This document shows positions 60,357 through 64,000 of a DNA stretch of 64,000 nucleotides, in pieces (within the stretch, counting starts at the first letter, position 1; the number at the start of each line of letters is the position of its first letter). Below the pieces are notes generated by a model, which ran no database searches, was not told the origin of the DNA, and was given only the letters and a program-made list of their open reading frames with translations. The translations under genes were made by a program, and so were the position numbers. This DNA is from a virus (Duplodnaviria > Caudoviricetes), in the IMG/VR virus record IMGVR_UViG_2881871051_000001, positions 27,638 to 91,637 of that record, one strand, 5' to 3'.

Positions 60357-62867
60357 ACGAGGTAAGCACATCAAAGTGTACTCCCTCCCAAACCGGACGT
60401 ACCTCTCTCAAGGTATCCGGCTCTCCATTTGTCATGCCTTAACAGATTTGCTTTTGTGTATGTTTTTATGACAGTCACTACAGACGGCAAGGGTCTTTCT
60501 GCGCTTCTCGCGCATAAGGGCTTCCCAGTGGCTATGGCCGGTCAAATCCTTCAAGCGTTTCACCTGATGGATTTCAATTGCTTCGCCGACTTTCCCGCAT
60601 AGTTCGCAGCATTTCCTCCGTATTCTGGCGGCAAGGCTGGCGGGTCTGTCGTACCGCCTAAATATGGGCAGCACGTTCAAGTCGGCAAATGCCTGTTTTT
60701 CTTTTCTGCCATAGCCCTGATTGTAGAATGTACGTTGCTTTACCCCTGACTTCGTTAGATATTCGACAGTGAAGGCGCCATTTTTGACATACTTTGTCTT
60801 AATGACCTTAACCTTCGTGGTGTACTTCCCCGCAAAGGTTTTGCACATGCTGTGATACATCAGGCCCCCGAATTTCCCTATTACAGAAGCGTTGTTCGCT
60901 ATGCAGTAATAGTTGTAGAGGCCGCGTACCTCGCTGTTGTACGCCTGCAAAATCGAAATATCCTCCTTGTTGATGAGCGCGCTGCGATGAATCGCTTTAT
61001 ACCGTTCGTTGCCCGCCTTGTCCTTGGATACCTGAATCGCGCCAAGCGCTTTCAGCTTGGAAGCCCATTTTTCATGCGGAACATACAGCCGCACCTGACG
61101 GTCGTACATCCGTTTTCTCACGCCATTTTTGTCTTTTGCAATAGCTTGACTTCGCGAAACCGTGATGTCATAGGATAAAAACCGCGCAAAGTCGCTGGTG
61201 TGAGTGATTTTGGTCTTTTCTACGGAAAGAGTGAGTTTCAATTTTTCAGACAGGAACTTGCGTATATCCTCCTTGATCTCTTCTGCATCCGCCTTGCTTC
61301 CGATCATGCCGATAATGAAGTCATCGGCGTATCTTATATATTGCAGACGCTTGTAGCCCTTATCCGATGAAACCTGCGGATTCACCGTCAGTTTCGTCGT
61401 GGTAAGGCTTTTGAGAGCTTTGGCATGTTCCTTTCGTTCCGTCTCTGTCATGCTGTCCCATGATTTACCGATTTTTTGCTTAAACCGTCTTGCCTGATTG
61501 TCCAGCCTGATATATTCGGGGTTGCGCTTCATCTTCATTCCCGTATCAAACTGGCGCTTGTATTCGTCCATATAGCTGTCAAGCTCATTCAGGTAGATGT
61601 TCGCAAGGATTGGACTGCATCCGGAACCCTGTGGGGTGCCGGAATAGGTCACATGGTATCTCCATTGCTCCATATATCCCGCTTTCAGGAATTTCCACAT
61701 CAGCGCAATAAACGCCTCATCGTCAATTCGCCTGCGGAGAATCTCAATCAGCACATGGTGGTCAAAGCTGTCAAAGCAAGCCTGGATGTCGCCCTCGATA
61801 AACCACTTCGCGCCTGTGAATTTCGCTTGTAAATCCGAAAGCGCAGTATGACAGCTCCGGTTAGGCCGGAAGCCGTGGGAGTTGTCTGAAAACGTAGGCT
61901 CGTAGATGCTTTCCAGTATCATTTTGACGACTTCCTGCAACAGTTTGTCGTCAGCGGACGGTATCCCCAGCGGGCGCTGTTTGTTACTATTCTTCTTTGC
62001 GATATAAGTGCGCCGCGCCGGTTTGGGCTGGTAACTGTGATCTTTCAGCGATTCTATCAACTTTTCGATTCGCTTTTCGCTCAACCCGTCGATTGTAGTG
62101 CCGTCTACCCCCGTCGTCATGCTGCCGTCGTTGGAATAAATCCGCTGATAGGCAAGCATATAGAAGTCAGGGTTGTACAGATTCCTGTAAAGGCGCTGGA
62201 ACCTGTAGCTGGGATCTTTCGCTTTTTCCGTTAAGGTTTTTAACACTTCAATCGGAATTCTCATCGTGCCTCCGCACCTTCCTTTCTTTGTGTCAAAAGA
62301 CAAACTGCCTCCCTTCGCATAGCGGCTCCGGCCGCATTGTGGACGGCTTTCCCGTCCTCAAACTACTACGGAGGCTCTGTTGCCATGCCCGACACTGCCG
62401 GGTTTAGGCAATCCCCGTTTAGGTCTGCCAAGATGAGCGTTCTGTGTTGTCGGATAAGACTTTCGCCGTTTACCGCTTCTCGCGGTCGCCCAATTACGAG
62501 TATCACGCGGCTGTACAAAATGGAAATACAACCGCCGTAATTCCATGCGTTTCATCTCTTTTCGCATGATGGGTGTCCATATCCCTAAGCTCCGGCTATC
62601 GTTTACGCAGTGTAGCATTTATCCTCATACACAGATTTTCATTCCCACATACCGCGTTTTATGAAGAGCTTTATGATACGCCGTATGCCTGTTCCGCTTG
62701 GGAACAACGACATGCTACACTCCCCTTCAGGTTTCCCATCCAAGTAAGTCGTGGAATGACAGGGCGCGATGACTCCTCGCGTGATACTTTCACCTGCCGC
62801 TTGCTCAAGGCGGAATTTCGGCAAACCCGCGTATGCGTATCGATTTTACGCATACTTACGGGCGCAG
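60357..62867 (-). mobile_element. Group II intron (IIA, Ll.LtrB-like)
   Basis: Domain V GAGCCGGATACCTTGAGAGAGGTACGTCCGGTTT, DVI with bulged A, EBS1 loop at 62517-62525. Confidence 0.92.
60432..62264 (-). CDS. ltrA: Intron-encoded reverse transcriptase/maturase with C-terminal En-like domain
   Basis: RPLGIP, GFRP, PQG, YADD, CELC...CSDCH. Confidence 0.95.
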   Translation of the reverse strand: MRIPIEVLKTLTEKAKDPSYRFQRLYRNLYNPDFYMLAYQRIYSNDGSMTTGVDGTTIDGLSEKRIEKLIESLKDHSYQPKPARRTYIAKKNSNKQRPLGIPSADDKLLQEVVKMILESIYEPTFSDNSHGFRPNRSCHTALSDLQAKFTGAKWFIEGDIQACFDSFDHHVLIEILRRRIDDEAFIALMWKFLKAGYMEQWRYHVTYSGTPQGSGCSPILANIYLNELDSYMDEYKRQFDTGMKMKRNPEYIRLDNQARRFKQKIGKSWDSMTETERKEHAKALKSLTTTKLTVNPQVSSDKGYKRLQYIRYADDFIIGMIGSKADAEEIKEDIRKFLSEKLKLTLSVEKTKITHTSDFARFLSYDITVSRSQAIAKDKNGVRKRMYDRQVRLYVPHEKWASKLKALGAIQVSKDKAGNERYKAIHRSALINKEDISILQAYNSEVRGLYNYYCIANNASVIGKFGGLMYHSMCKTFAGKYTTKVKVIKTKYVKNGAFTVEYLTKSGVKQRTFYNQGYGRKEKQAFADLNVLPIFRRYDRPASLAARIRRKCCELCGKVGEAIEIHQVKRLKDLTGHSHWEALMREKRRKTLAVCSDCHKNIHKSKSVKA

Positions 62868-63136
62868 CATTTTTTGGTATCCATTTCATCGGCGGCGGAA
62901 CGGCGAATGCAGAAATAGATGATGAGCAGGCCGGACACGATGGGAGCCAGGATCATCAGCCAGGTGGTCACATCCCCGATCAGCTTTTCCGTTCCCGTTA
63001 CCAGCTTACTGTCCTTGATGTCTCCTGCGGCGAAGGCGGACGGGGAAGTTAGAATGTTCCAGCAAAGCGTCACAGCCATCGCCGCTACAAAACGAAGTTT
63101 TGGATGAAGCGTGGGCAACCGGTTGAATTTTCTTAC
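62868..63136 (-). CDS. VirB2/TrbC-like pilin, exon 1 (start uncertain)
   Basis: Signal peptide SAFA, DSKLVTGTEKLI, TM, ends MDTKK. Confidence 0.7.
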
Positions 63137-64000
63137 TCGTCCGGCATCGGGGGCATGCCCATGCCCTTGGCTGCTGCCGCTTGCTGCTGTTCGGCCAGTT
63201 GTCGGGCAATGTCCTTTTGGTAATACACCCAAATGTTCCACAGTTTCACCTCCTCTCTCGTGTCGGTACGGATGGGCCGCTTGCGCTCCCGTTCTTCCCG
63301 CACCTGGCGGTTATGCTCCTTGTCGCCTAAACCCATCATCTGGTTAAAGGCCCATTCGCTAAGATCGGGAGAAAACATCATGGCGGGATGACTGCGGGAG
63401 AGGACAATCTGATAGGGCCGGGACACTCGCCGTACTTCATCTACGGTCAGCAGCTTGCGCTCCAGCAGATTAAGGGAATGAGAGGTGCTTGGTGTGGAAT
63501 ATTTGCCGTGGGAGGCCGAAAGCTGGTAGCTGGAGGTGGTGTACGTTCCCAGCTTTTCGCTGATTTCGCGCAGCGTCTCCAGGTCGTCGGCCTGGAGATA
63601 AATCCAGGTTTGGCAGTTAGATTTGATGATACTGGCGGCGTGATCGTCGTATTTTTCCTTCAATTGCTCGAAGCTCTGTACAAACAGGTTGAAACGCATG
63701 CCCCGCCCGCCGCCAACGGTGAGCTTGTTGGTAAAGTCGGCAATGGGCGTGAAGTTGCCAAACTCATCCAGCATGAAATTCACCCGCCGCTTCAAGCGCC
63801 CACCGCGTTTGTCCGCCTCGGCCGTGAGCAACTCATAGAGTTGGGATACCATGAGGGAGGCTACCGGATAGAACGTAGTTTTTTCGTCCGGCAAAATGAT
63901 AAAAAGTGCCTGCTTCCGCTCACCAAGACTGGCAACCTGGATTCCCGGGAACTCATAACGAGGATGGTGGATCGATTCCCAAACTGGTATAGATCTCCTT
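63133..64000 (-). CDS. virD4: VirD4/TraG coupling protein, C-terminal part (5' part uncertain)
   Basis: FMLDEFGN, VQSFEQL, SNC, LLTVDEV. Confidence 0.88.
   Translation of the reverse strand, partial: RRSIPVWESIHHPRYEFPGIQVASLGERKQALFIILPDEKTTFYPVASLMVSQLYELLTAEADKRGGRLKRRVNFMLDEFGNFTPIADFTNKLTVGGGRGMRFNLFVQSFEQLKEKYDDHAASIIKSNCQTWIYLQADDLETLREISEKLGTYTTSSYQLSASHGKYSTPSTSHSLNLLERKLLTVDEVRRVSRPYQIVLSRSHPAMMFSPDLSEWAFNQMMGLGDKEHNRQVREERERKRPIRTDTREEVKLWNIWVYYQKDIARQLAEQQQAAAAKGMGMPPMPDE

Larger units (their letters stand above)
41832..64000. mobile_element. Defective ICE/genomic island at tRNA 3' end; extends beyond window
   Basis: Integrase remnant abutting tRNA, T4SS/VirD4 genes, low-GC cargo. 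Confidence 0.8.

Noticed and set aside
60432-62264. Reverse transcriptase as part of a DGR or retron acting on the phage tail
   Set aside because: It has maturase and En domains with domain V directly downstream; no TR/VR pair or msr/msd was seen

Overview
The window has two parts that meet at a tRNA-Leu(CAA) gene (41753-41831). Bases 1-~41750 are the right-hand ~42 kb of a Bacillales siphovirus prophage, probably from Paenibacillus (inferred from stalk-domain and NPCBM proteins). It carries nucleotide-metabolism genes (class II RNR, dUTPase, ThyX, dNMP kinase, PhoH), a PAPS-reductase-like gene beside three DNA methyltransferases, a RepL-like gene, a long non-coding region, and complete head, tail and lysis modules. 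Bases ~41830-64000 are a decaying conjugative element (ICE). It has a broken tyrosine integrase, an Agr-type quorum-sensing system with a duplicated LytTR promoter and secreted cargo proteins, a HipA-like kinase, Tad/Flp and T4SS remnants, and a group II intron splitting a VirB2-like pilin gene. The most notable observations are: intron termini C...GU rather than G...AY, with the junction supported by EBS1/delta pairing; a multi-TRD C5 methylase with a displaced N-terminal TRD; two modular paralogues resembling nucleotide-sponge folds; and a tRNA apparently driven by a phage-supplied promoter. All calls come from reading motifs by eye; no searches were run.
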